Source of the DNA: Mobula hypostoma
Taxonomy: Eukaryota
Direction of reading: 5' to 3'
NCBI RefSeq assembly: GCF_963921235.1
Contig: NC_086097.1
Coordinates: 159,652,001-159,716,000 of the forward strand
Length of the DNA: 64,000 bases
The stretch's first letter is position 1. Each line of letters begins with the position of its first letter. This document shows positions 24,464 through 37,670 of this stretch, piece by piece. The notes under the pieces are model-generated. The model saw only the letters and a program-made list of their open reading frames with translations. It had not been told where the DNA came from and did no database searches. A program made the translations under genes and the position numbers.

Positions 24464-24539
24464 CAAGGCGTCTTTCCCGTCGTGCCAATGCCACCAACTC
24501 TCAGAGCGGGTTTCCTGCTTTCATACGCAATCTATCAAG
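24464..24539 (+). CDS. Candidate host exon A (76 nt), product unidentified
   Basis: tgtgtttcactag| acceptor, AAG|gtactg donor; GC/CpG-rich patch within AT-rich, TE-poor DNA; all three frames open, one reading RRLSRRANATNSQSGFPAFIRNLS. Confidence 0.5.
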
Positions 24540-26398
24540 GTACTGCACTTATTAAAACTAGCAGATAAATGCACCCAGCACCTTATTTCTCTGATGACTA
24601 TAGGGTCTACTATTGTGTGAAGGTCTTTCAAAGCAATATTTTCTATCATTCATTTTAAATACTGCTGCTAAATATGACTGGGATGTGTGATAAATGAAAA
24701 TATTGCAGCATAATCCAACTATTTATAAGGGAGTCTAGCATTTCTCATTGTCAGAGTTCGCAACCTGTCTTCAGTGAGCTAAGTCATTCAATAAATAAAA
24801 TGCATTATTAATATTTCTGATCCGAACATTCCCCCAGGCCAGCATTTTTGCATGAAATTACACAAATGAGGGCTGTTAAGACTTGTTCATTGATCTATTC
24901 TTTATGGTTGTTGCAAATTGAATTAACTCAGTTATATTTGCAGGTATTACTCCTTGATTTTCCCAATACATAAAGGAAAAGGAAAGTGCTCTTCTGGCCC
25001 TGGGGTTATTTATTTTAACTTTCGTGATAATGCTTTGACATTAAACATCTAAATCTTCTGGAATGGTTGTTTAATATGAGATAAACTGTAATATTTGGGA
25101 ATATATTCATACCTTCAGGCTGTTATAATTGCTATAAATCATATTACAAAATATAATTTAGACTTAGTGAACGTTGACCCCTTAAGTATCAAAGTACCAT
25201 ACTTCGGAAAATAACATCTACAGTGTACTCCTGGTTATTTAGCTGGGATTGGGGTTCCTGGTGGCATGGATATGACAGTTGCACTAGAATTTCTCCAAAG
25301 AAAACGTTAGAGTGCATCACACACCCTTGTCCTATGCATTAGCCTTTAAATATATGTTTGAATTATGTATATCTCAAATGTACAGCATTTTAAATGCTTC
25401 TGTCACTTTCTAAGTTCACGAAGAGCTCTTTAAGCTTTACATTTTGTGATTTAATATCATAAATCATTGAGCCAGTAATGTTGAATTTCTTCACAACAGC
25501 ATTATGATTTTCACCTTTACTAATCTTTTACATAATTTCATTCTCTATTTCAATTCTATTTTAATATAAGAGAACACATTTCTACTTTGTACCTATTTGA
25601 TAAGAGCATTTTTACCCAACAGAGTAGACAGTTTATGAATCAGATGAAGTTAAACACCACATTAACAAATGTGATATTGAGGGAAGGGGATTGCTGGTAG
25701 CAGGACCATGTGAAATGTATTACATCAGAACCTGTTATGCAAAATTCAAATTTACATTTTTGAAAAAATGTTTATGAAATTGCTTAATATTAGAAATCGT
25801 GGCTGGTTGCATGAAAATTCCATGTACAGTAATACAGGATAATTGAGAGTTCTGTATTAACTTTTGTTTAATTTTGAATCTCCTCATGGTTGGGAATTAT
25901 GTCTTTTATTTTCTTAATTTCCTGTTGAGGGAATACTTCCCTTCCTCTGTAGAATGAATAACCAATCTGTGAAAAGTAAATTCTAATTAAATTAGCAACT
26001 TATAGTCTGAGTGAATCAAACGAGATTTAGTAAGAATATCAGTTGCTTCTTCTTTCTGTCTCCCAGTGCCTTTCTCATTAATGGCATTGTTGCAGGATAT
26101 GCTATATAATTATAGTGCCAAAATAATAACCATTATCATATCATTGGAGATAGAAAGTTTTCTTACTATTCCCTCTATTGGATTTGCAGATGCTTGGGAA
26201 GTATCAAAATAGTGCTAAGTACTTCAAGGAAATCCAGGACAAATATTTAGTGCAAAATCTGGGCTGCAAATCCTGCAAAGAAGATCAATTTTTTCCATCA
26301 TCTATCATTATGTTAGGTCAGATTAACACTCTCAGAGTCTTATTTTGAGCTAACCCACCCAGTGGGAAAAATTATATACATTAGTACATTAATATACC

Positions 26399-28441
26399 TT
26401 GAATTGAATTGAATTGACTTTATTTCTTACACCCTTCACATACTTGAGGAGGAAAAATCTTAACGTTATGTTTCCCTCTGAATGTGCAATGTGCGAATTA
26501 TAGTAATTTATCATAAATAGTATGTACATTATGATATATAACATAACAGTCAATATAGCTTAGAAATACAATTGTGTCAGTGAGAATTAATCAGCCTGAT
26601 GGCCTGATGGAAGAAGCTGTCCCAGAGTCTGTTAGTCCCGATTTAATGCTGCAGTACCATTTCCCAGCTGGTAGCAGCTGGAACAAATTTTGGCTGTGGT
26701 GACTCGGGTCCCTAATGATTCTTCAGGCTCTTTTTACACACCTGCTGCTGTAAATGTCCTGAATAGTGGGATGTTCATATCCACAGATGCGCTGGGCTGT
26801 CCACACCACTCTCTGCTGAGACCTGCGACTGAGGGGAGTACAGTTCCCATACCAGGCAGTGATAGATCCAGTCAGGATCCTCTCAATTGTGCCCCTGTAG
26901 AAAGTCCTTGGGGTATAGGGGGCTCTGGATAGAGGTAATACCTTTGATGTCTGGCATGTTGCTCTCTACTAGACAGGGAGGACGGGCATCACCAGTCCTC
27001 ATCCATCTCCTAAATCTCTCACGTGTTGGCTCCAAGCGCCATACCCTGGTAAACCGCTTCAGCTGGGGGGCTAAACCATGTGAGAGGGTGGTGTTAACAC
27101 GGCACCACTGGGCGAATGACTTCCATGATGAAGTCACCGGCCGGGACGGAAAGGTTCTCAGATGAACTATAACGGCCACGTGTTCACGACCAAGGCAAGC
27201 CACCTAGTTGTAGGAAATCGGCTGTGGTCAAACCTGGAGAGGGATGGGCTCCGCCAGGTTTCAGATGCCTAAGACACGCCGCATGATGAGCACACCAAAA
27301 AGCTGGTACAAAGTTTGTCAGGATGGCGCCCCAACTACTCCACCAGGAGTTAAGGGTAGAAGAAGAAGAAGAAGAAAGTCCTTAGGGTTTGGGGACTCAT
27401 GCCCAACTTCAACTGTCTGAGGTGAAGGAGGTGCTGTTGTGCCTTTTTCACCACATAGCCAGTATGTACAGACCAAGTGAGACCCTCGGTGATGTGTATA
27501 TCAAGGAACCTATAGCTGTTCACTCTCTCAACCCCAGATCAATTGATGTCAATAGGAGTGAGCCTGTCTCCGTTCCTCCTGTAATCCACAACTAGCTCCA
27601 TTGTTTTTGCAACATTGAGGGAGAGGTTGTTTTCTTGACACCAGTGTGTCAGGGTGATGACTTCTTCTCTGTAGGCTACCTCGTTGTTATTTGAGTTAAG
27701 GCCAATCAGTGTAGAATCATCCACAAAATTAATGAGCAGATTGGAGCTATGAGTGGCAACACAGTCATGGGTGTACATAAAGTAACAGAGGGGGCTTAGG
27801 ACACAGCCTTGGGGGGCTCCTGTGTTGAGAGTCAGAGGGGCAGAGATGAAGGCTCACTCTTATCACCTGCCAGTGATCTGACAGGAAGTACTGGATCCAG
27901 CTGCACAAGGCAGGGTGAAGGTCGAGGTCTCTGAGCTTCTTGTCAAGCCTGAAGGGAATTATGGTGTTGAATGCTGAACTATAGTCCAAGAACGGCATTC
28001 TCACGTAAGCATCCTTCTTCTCCAGATGTGTAAGGACTGTGTGTAGAGCTGCGACTATTGCGTCATCTGTCGATGAGTTGTGTCGGTAGGTGAATTGTAG
28101 GGGGTCCAATATGGGTGGTAGCATGCTGCACGTGTTGCCCTTGACCAGCCTCTCAAACCATTTGCTTTTTATTGAGGTGAGTGCGACAGAACGCCAGTTG
28201 TTTAGACATGTTATCTTGGTCTTTTTAGATACAGGGACAATGGTGGATGTTTTGAAGCAGGAGGGCACTCTACACTGGGAGAGGCAAAGATTAAAAATGT
28301 CTGCAAACACACCAGACAGTTGTGCCCACACATTCTGAGTACCCGCCCTGGGATGCCATCCGGTCCCGCAGCCTCACGGCTGTCCACTCGTTGGAAACAC
28401 CTGCATACTTCAGCCTCAGAGATGACCAAGGTGCAAGCTTG
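26399..28441 (-). mobile_element. Rex1/Babar LINE, 5'-truncated RT region
   Basis: AAGPDGIPGRVL, FLDYSSAFNTIIP, YTHDCVA..FVDDSTLIGL; (TTCAA)n tail at 26399-26416. Confidence 0.92.
26915..27372 (+). mobile_element. 458-bp non-autonomous retroposon with (GAA)n tail nested in Rex, RTE-like 3' end
   Basis: 16-bp TSD AGAAAGTCCTT(G/A)GGGT at 26899-26914 and 27373-27388; GC-rich body; ends CTACTCCACCAGGAGTTAAGGGTA(GAA)n. Confidence 0.75.
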
Positions 28442-29392
28442 TTCCAAGTAAAAGATTTAAGATGGTTTACAGGCTTTCGTTATAAGTACCTTTCATCTCA
28501 TGTCTAACTGATAGCAAAATCCAACAGCATTCTATGTCTCGTCATTAAAATTTCAGCAACAATTTTTTAAAAATTTCATTGCATTATCCAGAGTTCCTCT
28601 GGAATTGTGGCAAGGTTTGGTAGCTGAAGTTTTTCCTTGGAACTTTTGCCCTCTGCTTTGTTTGTGGGAAGACAATGTTTTTCATTATTCAGAGGTAATG
28701 GAGGCTGATCAATACAGAGCAGTCATATTAAAATGCCATCACTGAACTTTACTTGAGCTCTCTCCAAGAATGTAAAGACGTTTGCAGGTTACTAAATAAA
28801 TATAAACAAAGTATCATTGTAAAGTACACAATATTTTCAGTAGTATTGAGATGAAAATGTTGACCTATTCTGAAGAAACCAGCCAAGGTACTCTACTTTC
28901 TCCATTGTTGTTTAGACTTGATGTATCTGTGTGGCATTTGCATGTTCTCACTGCACAGTGTGACATTATCTTAACCGCTCAGAAAATCAAACTGAAACTT
29001 ATGGTAATGCAACCAGTTTAAAATGTCAGTGTACATTGTAATTTCGCATATAATGCTCTTAAAAATTGGCCAAGATCCAGTTTGTTACAATTGCATATCA
29101 AATCCTACAGAAGGCAAAGACCATAATCAAGGATGCTTTGTTAGTTTTGAGCACATGATAAATTTGTAATAGAGTTGCAAAGATTTATGAAAGGCCAACA
29201 TACCTTTGTTATTTAAGACAGAGTCTGCACAAGTACCTGTAGTCTAGAGGTAGACAGGTTTTATAGCTGCTGTTGTGAAAATCTTTGAAATCAGTCTTGA
29301 AATCTATGGGCCGCTCCTTGAAAAAACACAACAGTGGAATCTATTTGGGGATCGTTGAGATCGCTCTCTGTGACTTCAATAGAAAATTGACA

Positions 29393-30118
29393 GCAATAAA
29401 TGGTAAGACTCTTGGCAGTGTGGATGATCTGAGAGGTCTTAGAGTCTATGTTAGTAGGACACAAAGCTGCTGTGCAGGTTGGCAGTGTTGTTAAGAAGGT
29501 GTATGGTGCGTTGGCATTCATCAACCGAGGGATTGAGTTCAAGAGCCATGAGGTAATGTACAGCTCATGGTCTGACTTTGGTCAGACCCCACTTGGAGTA
29601 CTGTCTTCAGTACTGGTCACCCTACTACAGGAAGGATGTGGATACTATAGAGAGAGTGCAGAGGAGATTTACAAGGATGTTGCCTGGACTGGGGGGCGTA
29701 CCTTATGACAATTGGTTGAGTGTACTTGGCCTTTTCTCCTTGGAGCGACAGATGATGAGAGGTGACCTGATAGAGGTGTACAAGATGATGAGAGGCATTG
29801 ATCGTGTGGATAGCCAAAGGCTTTTTTCCCAGGGCTGAAATGGCTAACACGAGGGAGCATAGTTTTAAAGTGCTTGGAAATAGGTATTGAGGTGAGGTCA
29901 GGGGTAAGTTTTTCACACAGAGAGTAGTGGTGGAAGCGGATACAATAAGGTCTTTTAAGAGACTCCTAGATAGGTACATGAAGCTTAGAAAAATAGAGGG
30001 CTATGCACTAGGGAAATTGTAGGCAGTCTCTAGAGTAGGTTGCATAGTCGACACAACATTGTGGGCCGAAGGGCCTGAAATGTGCTGTAAATTTCTGAGT
30101 TCCGTGCTCCGTGTTCAA
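29393..30118 (+). mobile_element. CR1 3' fragment
   Basis: VRPHLEYCLQYWSPYYRKDVDTIERVQRRFTRM; same subfamily as 12953-13700, in opposite orientation. Confidence 0.92.
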
Positions 30119-30129
30119 TCTCTGAGATC

Positions 30130-32180
30130 TCTGCAAAGTGAAAATGAGAGTAGATAACGAATAATGCTACTGATATAATATATTTGGATTATGAAATAGT
30201 CTTTGAGAAAGATACCACAGTCACTTCAAAACTGAGAAAATCATGGGAGAAACTCATAGGGTCCAAAGCAGAATAAAGAGGGAGTGTTAAAGATGGTAGC
30301 TACTCAGACTGTTGTTTCTAAGAACTGATCCTAGAGCCACTGTTATTCGCCATTAACAGAAAAAAATTGGGTTGAGAAATCAGTTGTATAATCTTAACTT
30401 TCTGCTGGCATTAAATGTACTGGGTCCAATGTTGTTTGTAATATATATTAATCTTCTGGATGATGGGGTGGTAAATTGGATTAGTAAGTATGCAGATGAT
30501 ACTAAGGTAGGTGGTGTTGTGGATGATGAGGTAGGTTTTCAAAACTTGCAGAGAGATTTAGGAAAGTTAGAAGAGTGGGCTGAAAGATGGCAGATGGAGT
30601 TTAATGCTGAAAAATGTGAGGTGTTACATTTTGGTAGAACTAATCAAAATAGGACATACATGGTAAATGGTAGGGCATTGAAGAATGCAGTAGAACAGAG
30701 GGATCTAGGAATAATGGTGCATAGTTCCCTGAAGATGGAATCTCATATGGATAGGGTGGTGAAGAAAGCTTTTGGTTTGCTGGCCTTTATTAATCAGAGC
30801 ATTGAGTATAGGAGTTGGGATGTAATGTTGAACTTGTATAAGGCATTGGTAAGGCCAAATCGGGAGTATTGTGTACAGTTCTGGTCACCAAATTATAGGA
30901 AAGATGTCAATAAAATTGGGAGAGTACAGAGGAGGTTTACTAAAATGTTGCCTGGGTTTAAACTCCTAAGTTACAGAGAAAGGTTGAACAAGTTAGGTCT
31001 TTATTCTTTGAAGCGTAGAAGGTTGAGAGGGGACTTGATAGAGGTGTTTAAAATTATGAGGAGGATTGATAGAGTTGATGTGGATAGGGTTTTTCCATTG
31101 AGAGCGGGGAAGATTCAAACAAGAGGATACAAGTTGAGAGTTAGAGGACAAAAGTTTAGGGGTAACATGAGGGGGAACTTCTTTACTCAGGGAGTGGTAG
31201 CTGTGTGGAATGAGCTTCCAGCAGAAGTGGTTGAGGCAAGTTCAATGTTGTCATTTAAAGTTAAATTCGATAGATATATGGACAGGAACGGAATGGAGGG
31301 TTATGGGCTGAGTGCAGGTCTGTGGGACTAGGAGAGGGTAAGAGTTCGGCACGGACTAGAAAGGCCAAGATGGCCTGTTTCCGTGCTGTAATTGTTATAT
31401 GGTTAAATTAGCTAATACTAAAGAGGTCTGGGCCAAAAGACCTGAATTTTCTTGCAAAAAAAAAATTTCTATTTGGCAATTCATCTTTAGGAATAAATGA
31501 AGTGTTAAATTTTGGGAGGAAAACGAGGAACCCATGTATTTCTTGGGAAGCAAAGCATCTCCATGGGGTTGAGAAACATAGGGTTTAGGGATACAGATAT
31601 GCAAATCACCATATGGTGACACAGAGTTTAATAAAGCCACAAGAACATCAGAACACCAGAGTTCATGTCAAGAGGAATAGAACTGGAAAGCAGGGATCTT
31701 GCATTAATATGTATTGAAGTTGGATAAGATCTCTCTGGATAAATTCAGTGGGCTTTGGTTCAAAAGAATGGAGGCATCTGAAAAGCAGCATAAAGATTTA
31801 ATTGCACAATTGTAGAACTGAGAAATTTTACCAAGTAGGAAAGCTTGCACAGGACTAGAAAATGGATAATTGAATGATGGTGTGATGAGAGGACTATAAG
31901 AAAATGAGGGAGTTTGATAGGATAAATGTAAAGCAAATATAGGGACTATAAGTATAACATGGAAAATGCAATATAAAACCAGGAGAAATATTCTTACCAG
32001 AGAGTGATTAGAATGAGCTATTAATAGGACCAGTTGATGTGAATGGCATTGATGCATTTAAGATGCTAAGTAAAAAATGAATGAGAAAAGAATGGAGGAT
32101 ATCTCCGTGGTTTGGAAGAAGAAAGATAAGAGGACGTCCATGTGGAGCATATTTGGGATGGATGGACTACTGTATTCTAA
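30130..32180 (+). mobile_element. Very old CR1 remnant interrupted by a younger CR1
   Basis: Decayed DIIYLDYEIVFEK (~30172) and ILEPLLFAI (~30328) correspond to DVxYxDFxKAFDK and VLGPLLF; decayed 3' part continues after 31405. Confidence 0.55.
30416..31402 (+). mobile_element. CR1 3' fragment with uninterrupted ORF2 C-terminus
   Basis: VLGPMLF, KYADDTK, WQMEFN, YCVQFWSP in one open frame to 31331; (GTTATATG) tail. Confidence 0.95.
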
Positions 32181-33124
32181 TACACTTTTGGCGCAGAGCA
32201 TTACTGGCAGCTAAACATTTTTGGCTCTGTTAAGGAAAAACAGCTATAATTAGAAGGTATAGGGTAGTAATCTTTAATGCAAATGAGAACCAGTCTTCAA
32301 CATATCTTCAGATCTAACAAGCAGGAATGAACCCTGAAAACAAATAGTGTATCTTGAAGAGAACAAAGCACCAGTTCATAGCAAGATGCCGCTTAAGTGA
32401 CTGACGTGATCATGAGACATTCTGGTATGTACCAGCCAAACCTGCAGACACTAGAGATAATTGGCCTGTGTCAAAACAGCCATCAAATATTTTTAGTCAA
32501 GAGATTTTGCATCATTACAATGGAGATCAAGGGAGGTTCCATACCACCTATTTTGCAACTTAACACATCATCTTCATTATAGCTGATAATGCATATCTTT
32601 CAGGTTGTGCACAGGTTCAGCTATTCTGTGCAGTATACAGATTAAAGATTTTTTAAAATTTAATACAGATGCATCCTGCAGAATTCCCAAAGCTATCCTT
32701 GCTTTAGACAGTCAATAAAATTACCTCTCTGCTACAAATTTCGTCATGTAGCTTACTGTGAAGAAGTTGCCATTTCCGACAGTTGGCTTTAGATTAGAGA
32801 AATTTGTTCAACATACTGTATATAGACCACAACAAGGACTAGAAGTAATCTGATTTAAATAGAGAGGGTCAGGATGAGATCTCTAATGTATTCTGTATAC
32901 ATTCTCTGATATTAAAATGGAACCATCTAATGCTAAAATTCTTAAAAAAAAGCCACTGAACTTTTGATAGTCTGAAATGGAGATATTGCTATTGTGGCCA
33001 AAATATTAGTTACAAGAAATCAGCTGCAATTCTGGAGGATAGCTTTTATGTTCTTTTGATAGCTTGGAGCTGACTTCATAGCAAGAATTAATTTTATTTA
33101 CCTACTCATGGTATGTTTCCTTCA

Positions 33125-33700
33125 CTGAGATTGCCATCCTCTGAACTGATATTGACTAGTAGTTAGTGGTCTTCTTGAATCTCAGTAGTCCGTACGGTGA
33201 AAGATCCCCCACAGCGGGAGTTCCAGGGTTTTGATCTACCAAAGGGGCAGGAACAACCATACATCTCCAAATTAAAATGTGTGATATGGAGAAGCTTGAT
33301 GATGACATGTTCCCATGGGCTTGCTGCCTTGTCATCTAAAAGATAAAGGTCATGGATTTGGAAATTGTTGTGAAAAAGCCTTGTTGCAGTGATCCAATAT
33401 AAGGCACTTGGTACTAACTGCAGCCAGTAACAGATGGACTGATAATCAATAAAATGTGTTACTTGGTCCTTGATGCTGTTGAGCTTCTTGTTGGATCTGC
33501 ATTAATTGAAAAGACTGGAGAGCACGCAGTTCCTTAACTTATGCCTTGTCGATGTTTAAAAGATAATGGGGGGGTCAGGAGGTGATTCACTCACTACTGC
33601 ATATGCAGCCTCCTTGCTGCTTAGTCATAGAGTTTATATAGCTTACCCAGTATGTTCTGGGTCTTGATGACCCATTGGATGTTAACGTAGAAAATTTGGT
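33125..33700 (-). mobile_element. Ancient degenerate LINE 3' region
   Basis: Residual motifs (GGGAGTTCCAGGGTTTTGA, TTCCCATGGGCTTGCTGCCTTGTC, GGGGTCAGGAGGTGA) recalled from chondrichthyan CR1/L2-group elements; no ORF left. Confidence 0.45.
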
Positions 33701-35158
33701 AGCACTAATATGAAAACAAGGTGATTATCACCTGATGAAAATAGTCATTGACTATAATATGATAATTGTATTTAAGAGGGAGTTGGATATGTAAGAAATA
33801 TGGATTGTGTACAGGCAGAAGTGATTTAATTTAATTTAGCAGATGTTGTAGGTCAGGTGTCTGTTCCTGTGCTGTATTATTCTAAGTTGAAGAGTGAAAT
33901 GTAGGTGTGATGCATGTACATTTCACTACTCAACAGAACAAGTTTGAAATCTGTTTGCTGCTGAGGAACAATCTTCAGTTTGAGGAATTATGAATTGAAC
34001 TGAGAACTGTAATTATGTTCCTGCAGAATTCAAATGGCTGCTTCAAACTCAGCTTAGAAACAGAATAAAATAAATAAATATCCATAAGGATGACTCGGAC
34101 ATAACATGAAAAATAACTTAAAAAATCATTAAGGTATCTCTTATTGTGTGACAACTTTTCATTGTGACTGTTGCATTTAGATGTCAACAGAGGAGCTACT
34201 CCTGAAAACCATGATCTCCCACTCAAGGATATCTTGAGGATATGCTGCATGTTCTATGACTAAACATTAAGAGTGTCAATTTCATCAGCTATTAAAGAGC
34301 ACACTGCAGAACACGAAATGATACTTTGGCTACCTTCTGGAATCTTATCCTGAGCTCTTTTCTGTACAGAATGTAAACTATACAGAATAACTTTAGCTAG
34401 CATTTGATTGTTATAACAGACACTTTCTGCTCCTTATCAGTTTCTCAATACATATCTTTCAGGCAGCCGCATGCCTTATTGTAATATTTGTTGGAAAGCT
34501 TCTCAAATATAATTCAAAGTACATTTCGCATATCTCCAATAGATTTAAAAGCAGTTTAAGAGTTTAAAAATGAGTGGCAGAATTGACCTTTTGTATTCTA
34601 ATTTTATTCCAACATGATTCATGCATAACCCATTCTAGGTCTATAAACAGAAGAATAATATTAACAGAAATCACTATTTACTTTCGCATCTAACTGAATT
34701 ATTCAGTTCAATTTCAATTGAAATGGATTTAAATAATAGATCAGTCTGCTCCTCATGGTGGTTGGAGCATTAAATAGATTTTTAGTCCTGTCCTACTTGT
34801 CGTTATTTATAACCTAACATTTCGTCAAGTTTAAACTCTATACTTCATCTCTTAAACTAAGTAGGCTTGACAGGCGTTGTGTATATCGAGAAAATATTTC
34901 CCCTGTCAACATCAATGACTGGCATCATACAAGATCTTTAGTATCTTTAATGTCGTAAAGCGTACAAAAGTGTTTCCTGGCAGCATTACCAAACAAAGAT
35001 TGTCACTGGACTGGGGAAGATCTACTATGTTTTAAAAGGGGAGATGTGAGGTGGAGGTAAAGAGAACAGGTTTAGAGAAGGAATTATTGATCATAGGTCC
35101 TTCAAAGCTAATTTTGTGTGTGCTAATGGTGGAACATTTCAGATCGGGATGTTCTAGA

Positions 35159-35240
35159 CAGGGGTTCCCAACCTTCTTTATGCCATGGACCCCTACCATT
35201 AACCGAGGGGTCCATGGTTACCCCAGGTTGTGAACCCCTT
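35159..35240. mobile_element. 82-bp hAT (Charlie-type) MITE
   Basis: CAGGGGTTCCCAACCT..AGGTTGTGAACCCCT TIRs, inner CCATGGACCCCT/AGGGGTCCATGG stem, 8-bp TSD GTTCTAGA / GTTCTGGA. Confidence 0.85.
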
Positions 35241-35472
35241 GTTCTGGAGTCTACAACTGGAGGAATGCAAATATTTTAAAGTAATGTGGGGTTGGAAGAG
35301 ATTACAATGTTAAGTCTTCATGTTCCTGGTACTTTGTTTTCTTCATTATATTTTAAGGCTCAAACCTGTGGCTTACGTTATGTTTATTTACAGACAAGAA
35401 GTCATGAGCTGCTAAGACATGAATGATGCGGGACGATAAATAAACATAGCATACTGAAACCTATATACTATA

Positions 35473-35958
35473 CGAGAGGTGATTGATAAGTTCATGGCCC
35501 AAGGTAGAAGGAGTCAATTTTAGAAAACCTAGCACATTTATTTTTCAAAATAGTCCCCTCCTACATGTACACACTTAGTCCAGTGGTTGTGGAGCATACG
35601 GATCCCTTTTTTGTAGAAGTGGACCACAGCAGGGGTGATTGATAAGTTCGTGGCCTAAGGTAGAAGGAGATCAGTTATACAGCTCTCTTTAAGTGCACGT
35701 GCAGTTCAACTCTTTGAGTGAAAATGCATAAAGTTTGAAGTTAATAGCTCTTCTCCTTCTACCTTAGGCCACAAACTTATCAATCACCCCTGCTGTGGAC
35801 CACTTTCTGGAGGTCCAAGACACCAACTTCTCCAAAGAAGGGATCTGTATGCTCCACAACCTCTGGACTAAGTGTGTAAATGTAGGAAAAATAAATGTGC
35901 TAGGTTTTCTAAAATTGACTCCTTCTACCTTAGGCCACGAACTTATCAATCACCCTCG
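35473..35958. mobile_element. Mariner-derived palindromic MITE with outer and inner TIR pairs
   Basis: (TA)CGAGAGGTGATTGATAAGTT..AACTTATCAATCACCCTCG; TIR repeated at ~35631 and ~35753-35791; left arm (minus) encodes FYKKGIRMLHNHWTKCVHVGGDYFEK*, a mariner transposase C-terminus. Confidence 0.88.
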
Positions 35959-36181
35959 TGACCAATAAGGCAAGGTTGGAGCCTTACATTGCTCACAGCA
36001 TTTGATAAAGGTCTACTTGGCTGTTCGGACATCTCTCTCTCTCTGAAACTACATGCTCTTACACAGAGTGGAGATGAGGTCATTACTGTAAATTAACATC
36101 TCTCTTCGATCTCTCTAAAGTTGTTGCAGATGAACTGATTCCTTTTTTTCAGGGAATCTTTTATTTTGCAAACAAGATATT

Positions 36182-37670
36182 TGTCATTAGAAACGGGGAT
36201 GGTGCCAGAAGATTGGCATATTGCTCATGCTGTTCCATTGTTTAAAAAGGGTTCTAAGAGTAAACCTAGCAATTATTGGCCTGTGAGTTTGACGTCAGTG
36301 GTGGGTAAATTGATAGAAAGTACTCTTAGAGATGGTATAAGTAATTATCTGGATAGACCGGGTCTGATTAGTAATAGTCAACATGGATTTGTGCATGGAA
36401 GGTCACGTTTGACAAACCTTATTGAATTTTTTGAAGAGGTTACCAGGAAAGTTGATGAGGGTAAAGCGGTGGATGTTGTCTATATGGACTTCTGTAAGGC
36501 CTTTGACAAGGTTCCACACGGAAGGTTGGTTAGCAAGGTTCAATCATTAGGTTTTAACATTGAAGAAGTAAAATGGATTCAGCAGTCGCTAGATGGGAGA
36601 CACCAGAGAGTGGTGGTGGATAACTGTTTGTCAGATTGGAGGCCGGTGACTAGTGGTGTGCCTCAAGGATCTGTACTGGGTCCAATGTTATTTGTCAGAT
36701 ACATTAATGATCTGGATGATGGGCTGGTAAATTGGATGAGTAAGTATGCAGATGATACTAAGATAGGTGGAGTTGTGGATAATGAAGTAGGTTTTCAAAG
36801 CTTGCAGAGAGATTTAGGCCAGTTAGAAAAGTGGGCTGAAAGATGGCAGGTGGAGTTTAATGCTGATAAATATGAGGTGCTACATTTCGGTAAAACTAAT
36901 CAAAATAGGACAAACATGGTAAATGGTAGGGCATTGAAGAATGCAGTAGAACAGAGAGATCTAGGAATAATGGTGTATAGTTCCCTGAAGGTGGAATCTC
37001 ATGTGGATAGGTTGCTGAAGAAAGCTTTTGGTATGCTGGCCTTTATAAATCAGAGCATTGAGTATAGGAGTTGGGATGTAATGTTGAAATTGTACAAGGC
37101 ATTGGTGAGGCCAAATTCAGAGTATTGTGTACAGTTTTGGTCACAGAATTATAGGAAAGATGTCAACAAAATAGAGAGAGTACCGGGAAGATTTACTAGA
37201 GTGCTACCTGGATTTCATCACCGAAGTTACAGAGGAAGGTTGAACAAGTTGGGCCTTTTGTTCTTTGGAACATTGAAGCTTGAGGGGGGCCTTGATAGAG
37301 GTATTTAAAATTATGAGAGGGATAGATAGAGTTGACGTGGATAGGCTTTTTCCATTGAGAGTGAGGGAGATTCAAACAAGAGGACATGAGTTGAGATTTA
37401 AGGGCAAAAGTTTAGGGGTAACATGAGAGGGAACTTCTTTACTCAGAGAGTGGTAGCTGTGTGGAACGAGCTTCCAGCAGAAGTGGTTGAGGCAGGTTCG
37501 ATGTTGTCATTTAAAGTTAAATTGGACAGCTATATGGACAGGAAAGGAATAGAGGGTTATGGGCTAAGTGCAGGTCAGTGGGACTAGGTGAGAGTAAGAG
37601 TTCGGCATGGACTAGAATGGCCGAGATGGTCTGTTTCCGTGCTGTAATTGTTATATGGTTATATGGTTAT
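36182..37670 (+). mobile_element. CR1 LINE, 5'-truncated RT
   Basis: 380-aa ORF with [30 protein letters not shown]; (GGTTATAT)n tail; closely similar to 30416-31402. Confidence 0.95.

Noticed and set aside
24433..24514. Minus-strand exon reading ETRSESWWHWHDGKDALLVKHNDLDNE with a GTAAGA donor
   Set aside because: The acceptor is purine-rich and there is an in-frame stop just upstream; the plus-strand exon has the better acceptor. Not fully excluded.
36166..37308. 380-aa ORF (and the 319-aa ORF at 30372-31331) as host genes
   Set aside because: 5'-truncated CR1 reverse transcriptase fragments with LINE tails; no sign of domestication.
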